This document shows positions 28,805 to 39,632 of a stretch of DNA of 64,000 nucleotides, one piece after another. The DNA comes from Candidatus Hydrogenedentota bacterium (GTDB taxonomy: Bacteria; Hydrogenedentota; Hydrogenedentia; Hydrogenedentales; SLHB01). Position 1 is the first letter of the stretch. Each line of letters opens with the position of its first letter. A program made the translations under genes and the position numbers. The stretch is taken from contig BTWA01000031.1 in the NCBI GenBank assembly GCA_045863295.1, positions 9,218 to 73,217 on the forward strand, written 5' to 3'. The notes beneath the pieces are model-generated. The model saw only the letters and a list, made by a program, of their open reading frames with translations. It ran no database searches and had not been told where the DNA came from.

Positions 28805-31800
28805 TTACGGCTTGTCCACCGTCTCAGCAGGCGCAGCTATCAAGTCGTGGTAGCGCGCAATCCAGTAAGCCAGCAGCCACGATCCGCCGTCCACCTCCGT
28901 TCGTCCCTCGCCGCTGAGGTCAGGACCAAAGGTGCGCTGGTTGTGCGGAGCCGCGGGAATGCCGGCAACCCGCTGGCGAACACCGTCACCACCGTTGGGC
29001 ATGAACGGATCCGTATTCCATCGTGTGAAGTTTCGTTCGTCGCCGGGAAGAACGCGCGTCAATACCGGGTCGTCATGCCGGTTCAGGCGATCTTGAAAGG
29101 CCACGTCGGCACGATGACTGTTCATCATGGCCCACTGCCGCCGATCGGTCGGAATGTCCCGCAGAGTTTGCGCCGCGCTTTCGATGTCCACGTATTGGCG
29201 ATCGATCGTTGCAGTGGCAAAATCAAAAAAGCTGGAATGCTCCGTTTCCACGATTTGATAGTGCCGGCGGACTGCCCGGTGCAGAACATCCCGCGCCGCT
29301 GGGTCGTATTCCAGTTGTAGAATCGGGTACCACGCAACATAGCCGAGTTGGTTGTCGGAATGGTTGTTCGTATCCGGGAATATCTTTTTCTGCAACTGAA
29401 CGTTGCTCAAGTAATCATGCTCACCAATCAACTTCTCGTATTGCACCTTGTATTTGGGATCGCCTGTGATGTAATGCGCCGTCTTGATGAATGACAGAAT
29501 CTCCAGCGAGTTCAAACCGTTCGCGCCCCACTCAAGCGGAGTATCGTTCAAGCGTTCAGGGTTCCAGTACCCCCAGAGCGTAACTTCTCCATCCCAATCG
29601 ATGAGTTGGTAGTTGTTGTCGAGTATGTAGTCGGTCACGTCGCGCACCTGCTTCTCGATAAGGGCGCGTTCCTCCGGAATGAATTGCGCCACATGGCGCC
29701 AATACGCATAGAACGCAAAATAGTGTCCGTCAATCTCGTCGCTGGACGTGTCGCTCTTCCAATACATCGTCCCGTCCGGAGTAGGACGCCATTGTTCGCG
29801 GCCCGTCTTCGAACGGGACCGCAAAGACTGTTCGCGTTTCTTGATGCCTTCTTCCACGGGCAACACGCTTCGCGCCACCAATCCCGGTATACCGGAGGCA
29901 TTCTGCAACATGACCATGGCGTGCATGCCTGTTTTCGCGGACTCCAGGTATTTCTCATTACCCGTTTCTGCATAGGCAAGAGAGGTTGCGACTACGTGAT
30001 ACGAAGTCCAGAGACCGTCATTGTCATCGTCAATAATAATGGAAGACGTGGGATTGTCGGCGCTGTCGAGCGTACAGGCGGATACCAGACCCAGCCGCCG
30101 GTTAAAGCGATTCAGACGAGCCTCCATGATCTCGGCCTTTTGCTCCAGCGTGCGCGGAATCTCGTCCAGCCGTGTCACGCCAGCTTCAGTCTTGAAATAG
30201 ACCGGCATAGGGGAATCCTTAAACGCGATGGCCTGTACGCGATCGCCATTGAGGTACCGCTTGCCCGCCCGGTAGAACCATTGGCGGCCCTCCGCGTACG
30301 GCTTGTGCAGCGCCGCGCCGTGGGAAGTCCCAATCCACACGTTGTCTAACGAATCAATCGCCAATGCCGTCACGTCCTCCACCGGCAAACCTTGCTTTCC
30401 GCGAATTGCGGTCCAGGTTCCATCCGGGTTGAAGCAGGAAATACCCGCCGCGGTGCCGATCCACAGCACCCCCTTGGAATCCGCCGCCAATCCCGTAATA
30501 CGCGACGACAACGGACCGTCCACGCCGTAATCATCATGGCGTGCCGCGCTGTTGCCCGTGCCCGCATAGAGCCCTTTCAGCGTACCCACCCAAACCTTGT
30601 CGCCGATGCGAGCAATTGAGGTGATCGCCTCCGCGGCCACCGGCGGGTCAAGCGTCACGCCGCCCGCGTCGGGCGCCTTGAACAGGCTCTCTGCTTCGAT
30701 TGCTTCCGCTTCCGTCAAGACAGCCTTGACGTGCTCGCCAAATGGAACATCTTCAACAGGGGGCACTTCCCGATCCGGCTCCATCGCGCGCGGATCATCG
30801 GTATTGCGAATCGGCGGAATAGTGTTCGCCAGCTCGTACGGCGTGTGGATCAGGGCGTCGTCCCAAATCCAACGTTCGTTGAAAGCCTGATGCTTCACAC
30901 CGCCGTCCGGTCGTGCGTACACGACGTGAACTTCGCCTTGCGGCGTCACCGCAAGATTCGGATCGGCATTCGAGGTATCCCCGCGCTCGATGTCGCGAAA
31001 CACATGCCATCCATCGCCCGCGTTTGTCGAAAGCCAAAGCGCCAGCCTGCGGCCTTCGCCTTCCGGAGCCGGATCCAAAGCAAGCAGAATATTTCCGGAA
31101 GGCAACGCCGCCGCCGCGATGGGCGAATTCGAGTTCGGCACCTCGATTTCCACCGGGGCAGACCACGTTTTGCCGTCGTCTCCGGATTCGCTGCGCCAAG
31201 CCTTGTACCGCTTCGAATGCGTTTGCATAAAGCACACAATCGATCCGTCGGCACGTTGCGCAAGGACCGGGCCGCCGTTGCCTCCTTCGCACGACAAAGG
31301 CTCCGACAACGCGAAAGTAGTTCCGTCATCCGTGGAATAGGCTACGCGCGACGATCGGCCACGAGTGTCCTCGATCGGCAGCAGCACCGCGCCTGAGGTC
31401 GTTCGCAAGGGCATGCCGCGCGTTTTCAGTCCGGATTCGCCAATGGCATTGGCCGGTTCGCCCCAAGTCTTGCCGCCATCCGTACTGACCACGGAAGTCA
31501 CCTTGCCGCCTGAGGTCATGTACACCACAATGCTGCCATCCGCGCGAACCAGCGGTGCCGGACCAGAACCGCCTTGCGCCACCAGCACCGCCGGCGTCCA
31601 CGACGCGTTCTTGTTGGCAAGCGTGCTGGCAACAATGGTGCCTCGGCCGCCTTCACCGGTACTCCACACGCATAAATACGAGGCATCCGGCAGGGTCACC
31701 AACGCCGGGTTGGACGAATGCCTGTACGCGCCGTTCGGCACGGTCACTTCGTCGGCCCACGCGATGGCGGGCTGTTTCAGGTAGTCTGGCCGTTCCTGGG

Positions 31801-31846
31801 CCTGCGCGGTTGCACACAACATGATGAAGGCGAAAAATGGACGCAT
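28805..31846 (-). CDS. Exported multidomain protein: BNR/Asp-box sialidase-like, small regulator-type propeller, helical-barrel domain
   Basis: Asp boxes STDGGKTW, STDDGTTF, SGDDGKTW; LWIGT/VWIGT repeats; C-terminal DNDGLWTS, DTSSDE, NHSDNQL. Confidence 0.8.
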   Translation of the reverse strand: MRPFFAFIMLCATAQAQERPDYLKQPAIAWADEVTVPNGAYRHSSNPALVTLPDASYLCVWSTGEGGRGTIVASTLANKNASWTPAVLVAQGGSGPAPLVRADGSIVVYMTSGGKVTSVVSTDGGKTWGEPANAIGESGLKTRGMPLRTTSGAVLLPIEDTRGRSSRVAYSTDDGTTFALSEPLSCEGGNGGPVLAQRADGSIVCFMQTHSKRYKAWRSESGDDGKTWSAPVEIEVPNSNSPIAAAALPSGNILLALDPAPEGEGRRLALWLSTNAGDGWHVFRDIERGDTSNADPNLAVTPQGEVHVVYARPDGGVKHQAFNERWIWDDALIHTPYELANTIPPIRNTDDPRAMEPDREVPPVEDVPFGEHVKAVLTEAEAIEAESLFKAPDAGGVTLDPPVAAEAITSIARIGDKVWVGTLKGLYAGTGNSAARHDDYGVDGPLSSRITGLAADSKGVLWIGTAAGISCFNPDGTWTAIRGKQGLPVEDVTALAIDSLDNVWIGTSHGAALHKPYAEGRQWFYRAGKRYLNGDRVQAIAFKDSPMPVYFKTEAGVTRLDEIPRTLEQKAEIMEARLNRFNRRLGLVSACTLDSADNPTSSIIIDDDNDGLWTSYHVVATSLAYAETGNEKYLESAKTGMHAMVMLQNASGIPGLVARSVLPVEEGIKKREQSLRSRSKTGREQWRPTPDGTMYWKSDTSSDEIDGHYFAFYAYWRHVAQFIPEERALIEKQVRDVTDYILDNNYQLIDWDGEVTLWGYWNPERLNDTPLEWGANGLNSLEILSFIKTAHYITGDPKYKVQYEKLIGEHDYLSNVQLQKKIFPDTNNHSDNQLGYVAWYPILQLEYDPAARDVLHRAVRRHYQIVETEHSSFFDFATATIDRQYVDIESAAQTLRDIPTDRRQWAMMNSHRADVAFQDRLNRHDDPVLTRVLPGDERNFTRWNTDPFMPNGGDGVRQRVAGIPAAPHNQRTFGPDLSGEGRTEVDGGSWLLAYWIARYHDLIAAPAETVDKP

Positions 31847-32029
31847 ACGAATACCCCGCGACTTGATTTGTAGATTAATGACATTACAAGGGCGCTCACC
31901 GCAAACGGTATCACAATGCGGCGCATCCGTCCAGTTAGCCAATCGCGCGAATTGTGACAGAACGTTGCCAATGGCATCATGGTATGGTTTACGTGTCTGA
32001 ACGACGCCCAGCTAGTATGAGGTACGTCC

Positions 32030-34519
32030 ATGACCAGTCTGTTCGCAGTCACGTGTTATTTCTTTGTCGCCTTGCAGAGTTCCGTGCCAGAGGCCGATCC
32101 CCGAACCGCTCCGCAAGGAATGGCATTTGATATCGAAGTGGCCTACGGAAACGAATCCGCCCGTCAGGTGCTCGATATCCTCTATTTCAAGGAGATTCGC
32201 ATCGTACGCCCCGCGGTGATTCACATTCACGGCGGCGGGTGGTACACCGGCGACAAGGGCGGGGAAAGCACGTTCGCCCTCATGAAGCGATTCGCCGAGG
32301 CCGGGTTTGTTGCCGTATCCATGAACTACCGGTTCTCCGATGAGGCGCCTTTCCCCGCCGCTGTGCAGGATGCAAAACGGGCCGTGCGCTGGCTCAAGGC
32401 GAACGCGGAAAAATACGGTGTAGACCCCAATCGCGTGGCGGCCATCGGCGCCTCTGCGGGCGGTCACCTCGCGGCCATGCTTGCGCTCACACAGCCCAAA
32501 GACGGCTTGGAAGGCGAAGGCATTCTTGAATACCCCAGCTCGGTCCGCGCCGCCGTGCCGGTATGCGCACCGTTTGATCTGGCCGAGGAGATCTTCTTCA
32601 AAGTTGCGACAGAAAAGGACCCGAACATCGGCAAGTTTCTGCCGGGCACGCTGGAGGAGAAGAGATCGCTTGCGCCAAAGGCCTCGCCATTGACGTATGT
32701 TCATCCCGAAGGGCCTCCCATGCTCATCGTACATGGAACAGACGACAAGGCAGTGCCTGTCGATCAGGCTCAACACATGGAAACGGCCCTGCACGAAGTG
32801 AACGCCCCCTGCGAATCCATCATCGTCGAAGGCGGCAAACACGGCATGGGCATCGCCCGCGAAGAACCGGTGCTTACGCGAATCGTCGAATTCCTTAAGC
32901 AACACCTGCACGCCACACCGGGCGCGCCAACCCAAACCATAGCCGCCTGGCAACAGAAGAAGTTCGGCATGTTTGTCCATTGGAACCCGTCCAGCCTGCG
33001 CGGCGAAGAAATCAGCTGGTCGCGCGGCGGCACTCGGCCGGGACTGCCAGACCTGCCACCCGGCGCAATCCCGGTCGAGGAGTACGACGCACTGTACAAG
33101 GAGTTCAACCCAACGAAGTTCAACGCGGACGAGTGGGTGGCGATTGCGAAGTCCGCGGGCATGAAGTACCTGGTAATTACGACGAAACACCACGATGGTT
33201 TCTGCATGTTCGATTCCAAACTCACGGAATTCTCCATCATGCATTCCCCATTCGGCCGCGATATCGTGGCCGAACTCGCCGAAGCATGCCGCAAGGGCGG
33301 AATCGGCTTCGGCGTGTACTACTCGCTCCCTGACTGGCATCACCCGGACTTTTTGACCGATCGACATGCAGAGTACATCGAGTATCTGCACGGCCAGATC
33401 CGCGAATTATGCACCAACTACGGTCCACTCGAATGCGTCTGGTTCGACGGCGGCAAATCAGGCACCGTGGAAACCTGGGATTCCGAACGGCTCCTGCAAC
33501 TCGTTCGTGAGTTGCAGCCCGCCGCGCTTGTCAATAACAGGACGCTCCTGCCCGGGGATTTTGATACGCCCGAACAAGTCGTGGGCCGGTACGACTACAT
33601 CCGGCCATGGGAATCCTGCATCACCATTGGCCAACAGTGGGGATGGAAGCCAAACGACGACCTGAAGTCAGTCGACGAATGCATTATGCTGCTCGCGCGG
33701 TGCGTCGGTGGCGGCGGCAATCTTGCGCTGAATGTCGGCCCCATGCCCACTGGTGAAATCGATCCCAGTCAGGTGCATCGATTGAAACAAGTGGGGGAGT
33801 GGATAGCCAAAAACGGTCATACCCTCGTCGATGCGCAAGGGGGACCGTATCCTCCAAGCTACTGGGGGGCCAGTACGCACCAGGGCAACTCGGTCTTTCT
33901 GCACCTGTTCGAGGGGTGGGAGTCTGGCCTCATACTCCCGCCGATGGAACTGTCCATCACGGGCGCGCGCACGGCCGACGGCTCCTTTATCGACATTACA
34001 CAGGACAGCCAAGGCCTGCACGTCAACGTGCTGGAACCACTTCGCCGCCAACCACTCACGACGGTCGCTCTGGATCTGGAGGGGTCCGCTGCGACTATTG
34101 CCATCAAACCCACCGGCGTAGGCATCCCCGAGGGCACAACCGCCAGCGCCTCCAACGTCCGCCGCAACGAACCCAATTACGGCGCGGCCATGGCCGTGGA
34201 TGATGATCCGCTGTCGCGCTGGGCCACCGACGACGGCGTGACGGCCACTTGGATAGAAATTGCCTTGCCGCATCCGATTGCATTTGATGTCATACTGATC
34301 GACGAGGCATTTGGCAGTCGCGTGCAGGCTTTTCATCTGCAGGCGAACGAGAACGGAGAATGGAAGACATTCTACACGGGAACCACCATGGGCCGGAACT
34401 GGGCGGCGAAATTCGCTCCGGTGAGGACGCAACAGATCCGGATCGATATTCCCAAGGCTACGGACGGGCCAACAATTCGCGATGTGCAGTTTCATTACGT
34501 GTCGAACGAGGGGGAATGA
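32030..34519 (+). CDS. Fusion of alpha/beta-hydrolase esterase, GH29 alpha-L-fucosidase and F5/8 (CBM32-like) domain
   Basis: HGGGW, GASAGGHL, HGTDD; KFGMFVHW, TTKHHDGF, VWFDGG, PWESC, LNVGP; AVDDDPLSRW. Confidence 0.9.
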   Translation: MTSLFAVTCYFFVALQSSVPEADPRTAPQGMAFDIEVAYGNESARQVLDILYFKEIRIVRPAVIHIHGGGWYTGDKGGESTFALMKRFAEAGFVAVSMNYRFSDEAPFPAAVQDAKRAVRWLKANAEKYGVDPNRVAAIGASAGGHLAAMLALTQPKDGLEGEGILEYPSSVRAAVPVCAPFDLAEEIFFKVATEKDPNIGKFLPGTLEEKRSLAPKASPLTYVHPEGPPMLIVHGTDDKAVPVDQAQHMETALHEVNAPCESIIVEGGKHGMGIAREEPVLTRIVEFLKQHLHATPGAPTQTIAAWQQKKFGMFVHWNPSSLRGEEISWSRGGTRPGLPDLPPGAIPVEEYDALYKEFNPTKFNADEWVAIAKSAGMKYLVITTKHHDGFCMFDSKLTEFSIMHSPFGRDIVAELAEACRKGGIGFGVYYSLPDWHHPDFLTDRHAEYIEYLHGQIRELCTNYGPLECVWFDGGKSGTVETWDSERLLQLVRELQPAALVNNRTLLPGDFDTPEQVVGRYDYIRPWESCITIGQQWGWKPNDDLKSVDECIMLLARCVGGGGNLALNVGPMPTGEIDPSQVHRLKQVGEWIAKNGHTLVDAQGGPYPPSYWGASTHQGNSVFLHLFEGWESGLILPPMELSITGARTADGSFIDITQDSQGLHVNVLEPLRRQPLTTVALDLEGSAATIAIKPTGVGIPEGTTASASNVRRNEPNYGAAMAVDDDPLSRWATDDGVTATWIEIALPHPIAFDVILIDEAFGSRVQAFHLQANENGEWKTFYTGTTMGRNWAAKFAPVRTQQIRIDIPKATDGPTIRDVQFHYVSNEGE

Positions 34520-34560
34520 GGGAGCATGCTCGCCACCGGGTGGGGAAGTGAGATCGGGCC

Positions 34561-37500
34561 ATGAATAGAAGTACCACCGTGAACCTGATGATTGGATTGG
34601 CCTTCCTGGTTGGCGCAGCGGCGGCGCAACAACCAATCGACCTGTTCCAACAAAACATCGTATCGCACACCCAGGGGTGGGGCGTGCCCGGTACCGGTGT
34701 TGCCGCGCACGCGCCAGACAAGGAACCCATGCGCATGCGCATTGATGCCACGGAATACACGTCGGGACTGGGCACGCACGCGCCATCCGTAACCGTAGTG
34801 ATGTTGGAGGGTCAATACAGATCTTTCTCGGCGGACGCAGGCGTGCAATGGCAGGAAACTGGACCCGGCAGCGTCGTCATGCGGGTCGAACTGGACGGCA
34901 AGGAAGTCTTCAACAGCGGCACCATGAAGGGTACCGATTCAGCCAAACATGTCGACCTTCCCGTCACAGGGGCCGGCGAGCTGCGGCTCTACGTGGATAA
35001 CGCCAACGACGGGATCGAAAATGATCTCGCGAATTGGGCCAATGCCACGCTGACACCCGATCCCGATGCAACCAAAGTAAGTCTTGCCGACGCCGTCGAC
35101 ATGGCGCTGTTCGCGACCGTGATGACGTGGGATCCCGCTCAGATAGAAGGCACCAAAGCGACTCGTCTCGAGACTATGCCCGAAGAAGATCTGTTTCCGG
35201 GGACCGCGTTACGGCCGGATGTGGACGGGGTTTATTCACTGCCGCCCTATGCGGATGGGCGTGGTAGCATCGGCCTGGAATGGATCGAGCGGCGGCGCGT
35301 ATCGCAAGTATCGGTCGAGTTCGCCGAGGCCCGCGACAACGTGCCCGGCGCGGAATGGCAGTACTGGAAGCGCACGGATCGAGCAGGATCGCGCTGGCAG
35401 GGATCGTGGGCGCCCATCAAGGGCGAGGAAACGCGCGAAGGAGCGACGTGGACGGTCAAGCCCACATGGGAAAACGCAAGCGAATCGCGTGGCGGAGTGT
35501 TGAAAATTCGATGCGTGTTTCCAGCGTCTTCAATGCCAGTGCGTGTGAATGCCTTGCATGCATACACCTTGACCCGATGGAGAGAAGCGGACCTCCTGAT
35601 CCAGTCGGATCAGTCCGGCGATGGGGCGTTCACTGTGTACAACGGCGCTCAGGTGGGATCCAGCAACTCGCGGGTGGAATGGAATCTGCAAGACCCCCTG
35701 CGTGTGCGTGTTCGCTATTGCCCAGGGCGCCTCTGGGAGTTGACCGACCGGACAATCATTCGCTTTGCGCTTCCGAAAGGCGCGTTTGGCGTCGCGGTGG
35801 ACGACGTCGTGAACAATGGCAGCGTCTATGTCGAGCATGCGGGGCTGCTGGTCAGTCTGGCGGACAAAGCGTCCACATTGGAAGAATACAGGCAATCCAC
35901 GCTATCCAAGTCAACACTACTCGACAAGGTACGCGCCATGCCCGACCAAACAGCCGCGCAGGCCATGCGCCACGTGCATCGTGCCGACGGCGACCTTGGG
36001 CCCACCCTGTTGTCACTGGCGGCGGACAACCGGAAGTTTCTTGTGCAACGCGAAGGTGAGATCAGTTTCGATCGACGGCGTGAACGGTACGACGTGTTCG
36101 AGAAACCTGTCTATGAACCGTTTGCCTGTCTCGTGAAGCCGGCATTTGGAAGCGGCCCGCACGATTTCGTAACCCGCTCGTTTCAATCCGATTGGTTGCC
36201 GGTGCAGGTGTTGACCGTGTCCAACGGCGGTGTTGAATACAAGCAGCGCACCTTTGTCGCACCCTATGGCGAGGAAGCGTCGCAAGGTACGCTGGCCTGG
36301 GTGCAGCATCGCGTGTTGGGTGTGGCGGAATTCTCGATGCTGAATCGTGGCAACGAACCCGCTGACGCGATGCTCTCGATTCAGTTCATGGCAAATGCCC
36401 CCGCGGGCGTCGCGGCCGATGTAGCGGAACACGATGGACAATTCATAGTCAGTAAAGACGGCGTGACAATCGCCGTGGTGACGTCGCCCGATTGGAAGGG
36501 GCTTTCCGTGACAACAGAGAGCGGATCTGTGCACATTGCGGGTTCCCTCGCGGCCAAGTCGGAAGCGCGGTGTGTCGTATTTATGCCGCACTGGGAAGCC
36601 GCATCCTCGGCCGATCTCGTGGGTGTGCCGGATCCAGATTTGCTCGCGAGCCAGACCGAAGCGTACTGGCGCCGCATCATGGAACCCGCGATGCACGTTG
36701 AGGTGCCGGATGCGCTCTTCAACAAGCTGATTCCAGCATCGCAGATGCACTGCCTGATGGCGGCGCGCAACGAAGATGCCGATCGGGTCGCGCCTTGGAT
36801 AGCCTCGTGGCATTATGGCCCCTTGGAAAGCGAGGGGCATTCCATCCTGCGCGGCATGGCCTACTGCGGTCACCCGGACTTCACGCGTCGGGGTCTCGAA
36901 TATTACATCGCAAGGTATAACGATCAGGGCTTCCTCACCACTGGCTACACCGTCATGGGCACCGGCTGGCATCTGTGGATGCTCGGCGAATTCTACACTC
37001 TCACACGAGACAAGACATGGCTGCGACAACACGCTCCGGCGATCGAAAAAGTCTGCCAATGGATCATAAACGAGCGCCGAAAGACAATGCGCACCGACGA
37101 TAAGGGCAACCGCGTGCCGGAGTATGGCCTCATGCCTCCCGGCGTCGGCGCGGATTGGGAAGTCTATTCCTACTATTTCTATTTGAACGGATACTACTGT
37201 GCGGGTTTGAGCGCCGCGGCGGGCGCCCTCGCGGATATCGAATGGGAGGGCGCACAAGCCATGGTCAGCGACGCCGCCGCGTTTCGCGATGACATTGTGC
37301 GCGCATATCACTTCGTGCAAAGCCAGGCGCCCGTGTTTCCATTGCGAGACGGCACGTGGGTGCCCGAGTATCCCACGCATGCGCTGTCGCCCATGCCCAT
37401 CGAGTTCCTGTACCCGGGCGAGGATGTCGGGCGAAGTTGGTGCTATGACGTGGAGCTCGGCGCGCATCACCTCATCCCCATGGGTATTCTGCCAGCCGAT

Positions 37501-38169
37501 GGCCCCGATTCCACCTGGATAATGGACCACATGGAAGACGTTCAGTTCCTGCGGCCCGGTTGGTTCTACTACGAAGATGCGAAGAAAAACGAAGCCGATT
37601 GGTTTAACCTCGGCGGATTCGCCAAAGTGCAGCCCTATTACGCACGCACGGGTGAAGTGTACGCCCTGCGTGACGAGGTTAAGCCGTTTTTGCGAACGTA
37701 TTTCAACAGCGTCATGTCGCTGTTGAACCGAGAGGACCTCTCCCTATGGGAACACTTCATGAACGGGGCCTACAATAAGACCCACGAAACCGGCTACTTC
37801 CTGCATCAGACCCGCCTCATGCTCGTTCACGAACGTGGAAACGAACTGTGGCTCGCGCCGTTCGTAACGAACAATTGGATGCGCGAAGGCATGCGTGTGG
37901 CCATGCGAAATGCTCCGACGGCCTTTGGCCAGGTTGATTACACAATCACCTCGCACGTGGACCAAGACTACATGGAAGCGACCATTGTCCCGCCCACAAG
38001 GCAGGCCCCAGAGGCCATCGTCATTCGTCTGCGGCACCCGGAGGGCCGGCGAATGGCGTATGTCAGCGCCACCGGCGGGGAGAGTCACACGTTTGACACG
38101 GAAGAGGAGACCGTGCGGCTGATTCCCAAGGGGGAGGAAATTAGAATTCGGGCTCATTTCTCGCCATGA
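34561..38169 (+). CDS. Large exported protein with NPCBM/NEW2 domain and probable (alpha/alpha)6 glycosidase-like C-terminal domain
   Basis: Signal peptide; GLGTHAPS...DGIENDLANWANA (NPCBM); helical C-terminal region with GWHLW and GLMPPG; PTAFGQV beta tail. Confidence 0.75.
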   Translation: MNRSTTVNLMIGLAFLVGAAAAQQPIDLFQQNIVSHTQGWGVPGTGVAAHAPDKEPMRMRIDATEYTSGLGTHAPSVTVVMLEGQYRSFSADAGVQWQETGPGSVVMRVELDGKEVFNSGTMKGTDSAKHVDLPVTGAGELRLYVDNANDGIENDLANWANATLTPDPDATKVSLADAVDMALFATVMTWDPAQIEGTKATRLETMPEEDLFPGTALRPDVDGVYSLPPYADGRGSIGLEWIERRRVSQVSVEFAEARDNVPGAEWQYWKRTDRAGSRWQGSWAPIKGEETREGATWTVKPTWENASESRGGVLKIRCVFPASSMPVRVNALHAYTLTRWREADLLIQSDQSGDGAFTVYNGAQVGSSNSRVEWNLQDPLRVRVRYCPGRLWELTDRTIIRFALPKGAFGVAVDDVVNNGSVYVEHAGLLVSLADKASTLEEYRQSTLSKSTLLDKVRAMPDQTAAQAMRHVHRADGDLGPTLLSLAADNRKFLVQREGEISFDRRRERYDVFEKPVYEPFACLVKPAFGSGPHDFVTRSFQSDWLPVQVLTVSNGGVEYKQRTFVAPYGEEASQGTLAWVQHRVLGVAEFSMLNRGNEPADAMLSIQFMANAPAGVAADVAEHDGQFIVSKDGVTIAVVTSPDWKGLSVTTESGSVHIAGSLAAKSEARCVVFMPHWEAASSADLVGVPDPDLLASQTEAYWRRIMEPAMHVEVPDALFNKLIPASQMHCLMAARNEDADRVAPWIASWHYGPLESEGHSILRGMAYCGHPDFTRRGLEYYIARYNDQGFLTTGYTVMGTGWHLWMLGEFYTLTRDKTWLRQHAPAIEKVCQWIINERRKTMRTDDKGNRVPEYGLMPPGVGADWEVYSYYFYLNGYYCAGLSAAAGALADIEWEGAQAMVSDAAAFRDDIVRAYHFVQSQAPVFPLRDGTWVPEYPTHALSPMPIEFLYPGEDVGRSWCYDVELGAHHLIPMGILPADGPDSTWIMDHMEDVQFLRPGWFYYEDAKKNEADWFNLGGFAKVQPYYARTGEVYALRDEVKPFLRTYFNSVMSLLNREDLSLWEHFMNGAYNKTHETGYFLHQTRLMLVHERGNELWLAPFVTNNWMREGMRVAMRNAPTAFGQVDYTITSHVDQDYMEATIVPPTRQAPEAIVIRLRHPEGRRMAYVSATGGESHTFDTEEETVRLIPKGEEIRIRAHFSP

Positions 38170-38178
38170 GGACATGAC

Positions 38179-39621
38179 GTGAATCAGAATGCCATCTACT
38201 TCATCAACACCGCAGTCAGTCGGCGAGCCTTTCTTCAAATGGCGTCGGCATGCGTGGGTGCGTCGCTTGTGCGATCCGCATTCGCGGATCAGCAAGCCAA
38301 ACCCAACATCGTCCTCATTCTCATCGACGATCTCGGGTGGATGGATTTCGGGTGTTATGGAAACACCGTCATCGACACGCCTAACTTCGACCGCCTTGCG
38401 CGAGAGGGCATGCGATTCACAAACGCCTATGCGAACTGCCCCGTCTGTTCCCCCAGCCGCGCTGCCATTCTAACGGGCAAGTATCCGGCACGATTACGCT
38501 TCACGGGACACATCACCGCAACGGGAAAACACCGCCATCCAGAAAACAGCGCCATTCTTCCGCCGGACGATCGCATGCATGTGCCATTGGAAGAAACGTC
38601 GCTGGCCGAAGCGCTGAATCACGCAGGATACGTATCCGCGCACGTCGGCAAGTGGCACGTGGGGGAGGAGGGCTATTGGCCCGAGCAGCAGGGTTTCGAC
38701 GTGAACATCGGCGGATGGACCGCCGGGAGTCCTCCGAGTTATTGGTATCCGTATACCCGGCCTGGAGTGGAATGGAATCCGGCAATACCCACCCTGCAGG
38801 GAGGCAAAGAAGGGGAATACCTCACCGATCGCTTGACCGACGAGTCTATCGCGTTCATCGAGGCCAATCGAGACAAACCCTTCTTCCTGAACCTCTGGCA
38901 TTATGCCGTTCACACGCCGCTGCAGGCACTACCGGATCTCGTCAAAAAGTATAAGGCAAAAGTGAAACTGTCCGATCGCAAGATCGATCCCGTTTATGCC
39001 GCTATGGTGGAACGCACGGATGCACAAGTAGGCCGAATCCTCGATGCACTCGACCGCCTCGGCCTTACAGACAATACCGCCATCATCGTGACGTCGGATA
39101 ACGGCGGCCTCAGTACCGCCACGGACAACCGGCCACTGCGAGAAGGCAAAGGCTTCCTCTACGAAGGCGGCATCCGCGTGCCGCTCGTCGTGAAATGGCC
39201 GGGACACACGCCCCCCGGCGCCGAGTGCGAGACCCCCGTCATCGGCGCGGATTTGTATCCCACCATTGCGCACATGGCGAGTGCCGGGGAAAGCACCGTG
39301 GATGGAGTCGACCTCACATCGCTTCTGCACGGCGAACAGTACTTCCCTGAACGTCCCCTCTTCTGGTACTACCCCCACTACAGTCCGCAGGCCAACCAAC
39401 CCGGCGCCGCCGTGCGCCTCGGGCAGTTCAAACTGATCGAACACTACGATCCACCAGGAATTGAACTGTACGATTTGCATGCTGACCCCAGTGAGAAATT
39501 GGATTTGGCCGCCGCATCAAAGGAAAGGGCCGCCGCGATGTCGGGAATGCTGAAGCAGTGGCTGGTCGATGTCAACGCGCAAATGCATACCGCGAACAAT
39601 TCCATTCCATTGACCCCTTGA
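38179..39621 (+). CDS. Sulfatase S1 (Cys-type, Tat signal)
   Basis: SRRAFL, PNIVLILIDDLG, CSPSRAAILTG, GKWH, TSDNGG. Confidence 0.95.
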   Translation: MNQNAIYFINTAVSRRAFLQMASACVGASLVRSAFADQQAKPNIVLILIDDLGWMDFGCYGNTVIDTPNFDRLAREGMRFTNAYANCPVCSPSRAAILTGKYPARLRFTGHITATGKHRHPENSAILPPDDRMHVPLEETSLAEALNHAGYVSAHVGKWHVGEEGYWPEQQGFDVNIGGWTAGSPPSYWYPYTRPGVEWNPAIPTLQGGKEGEYLTDRLTDESIAFIEANRDKPFFLNLWHYAVHTPLQALPDLVKKYKAKVKLSDRKIDPVYAAMVERTDAQVGRILDALDRLGLTDNTAIIVTSDNGGLSTATDNRPLREGKGFLYEGGIRVPLVVKWPGHTPPGAECETPVIGADLYPTIAHMASAGESTVDGVDLTSLLHGEQYFPERPLFWYYPHYSPQANQPGAAVRLGQFKLIEHYDPPGIELYDLHADPSEKLDLAAASKERAAAMSGMLKQWLVDVNAQMHTANNSIPLTP

Positions 39622-39632
39622 CTGCGGCTGCA

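Noticed and set aside
36013..37530. Long antisense ORFs (505 aa here; also 32012-33391, 42484-43572, 10638-11657)
   Set aside because: They are shadows of well-supported genes in GC-rich DNA and carry no motifs.
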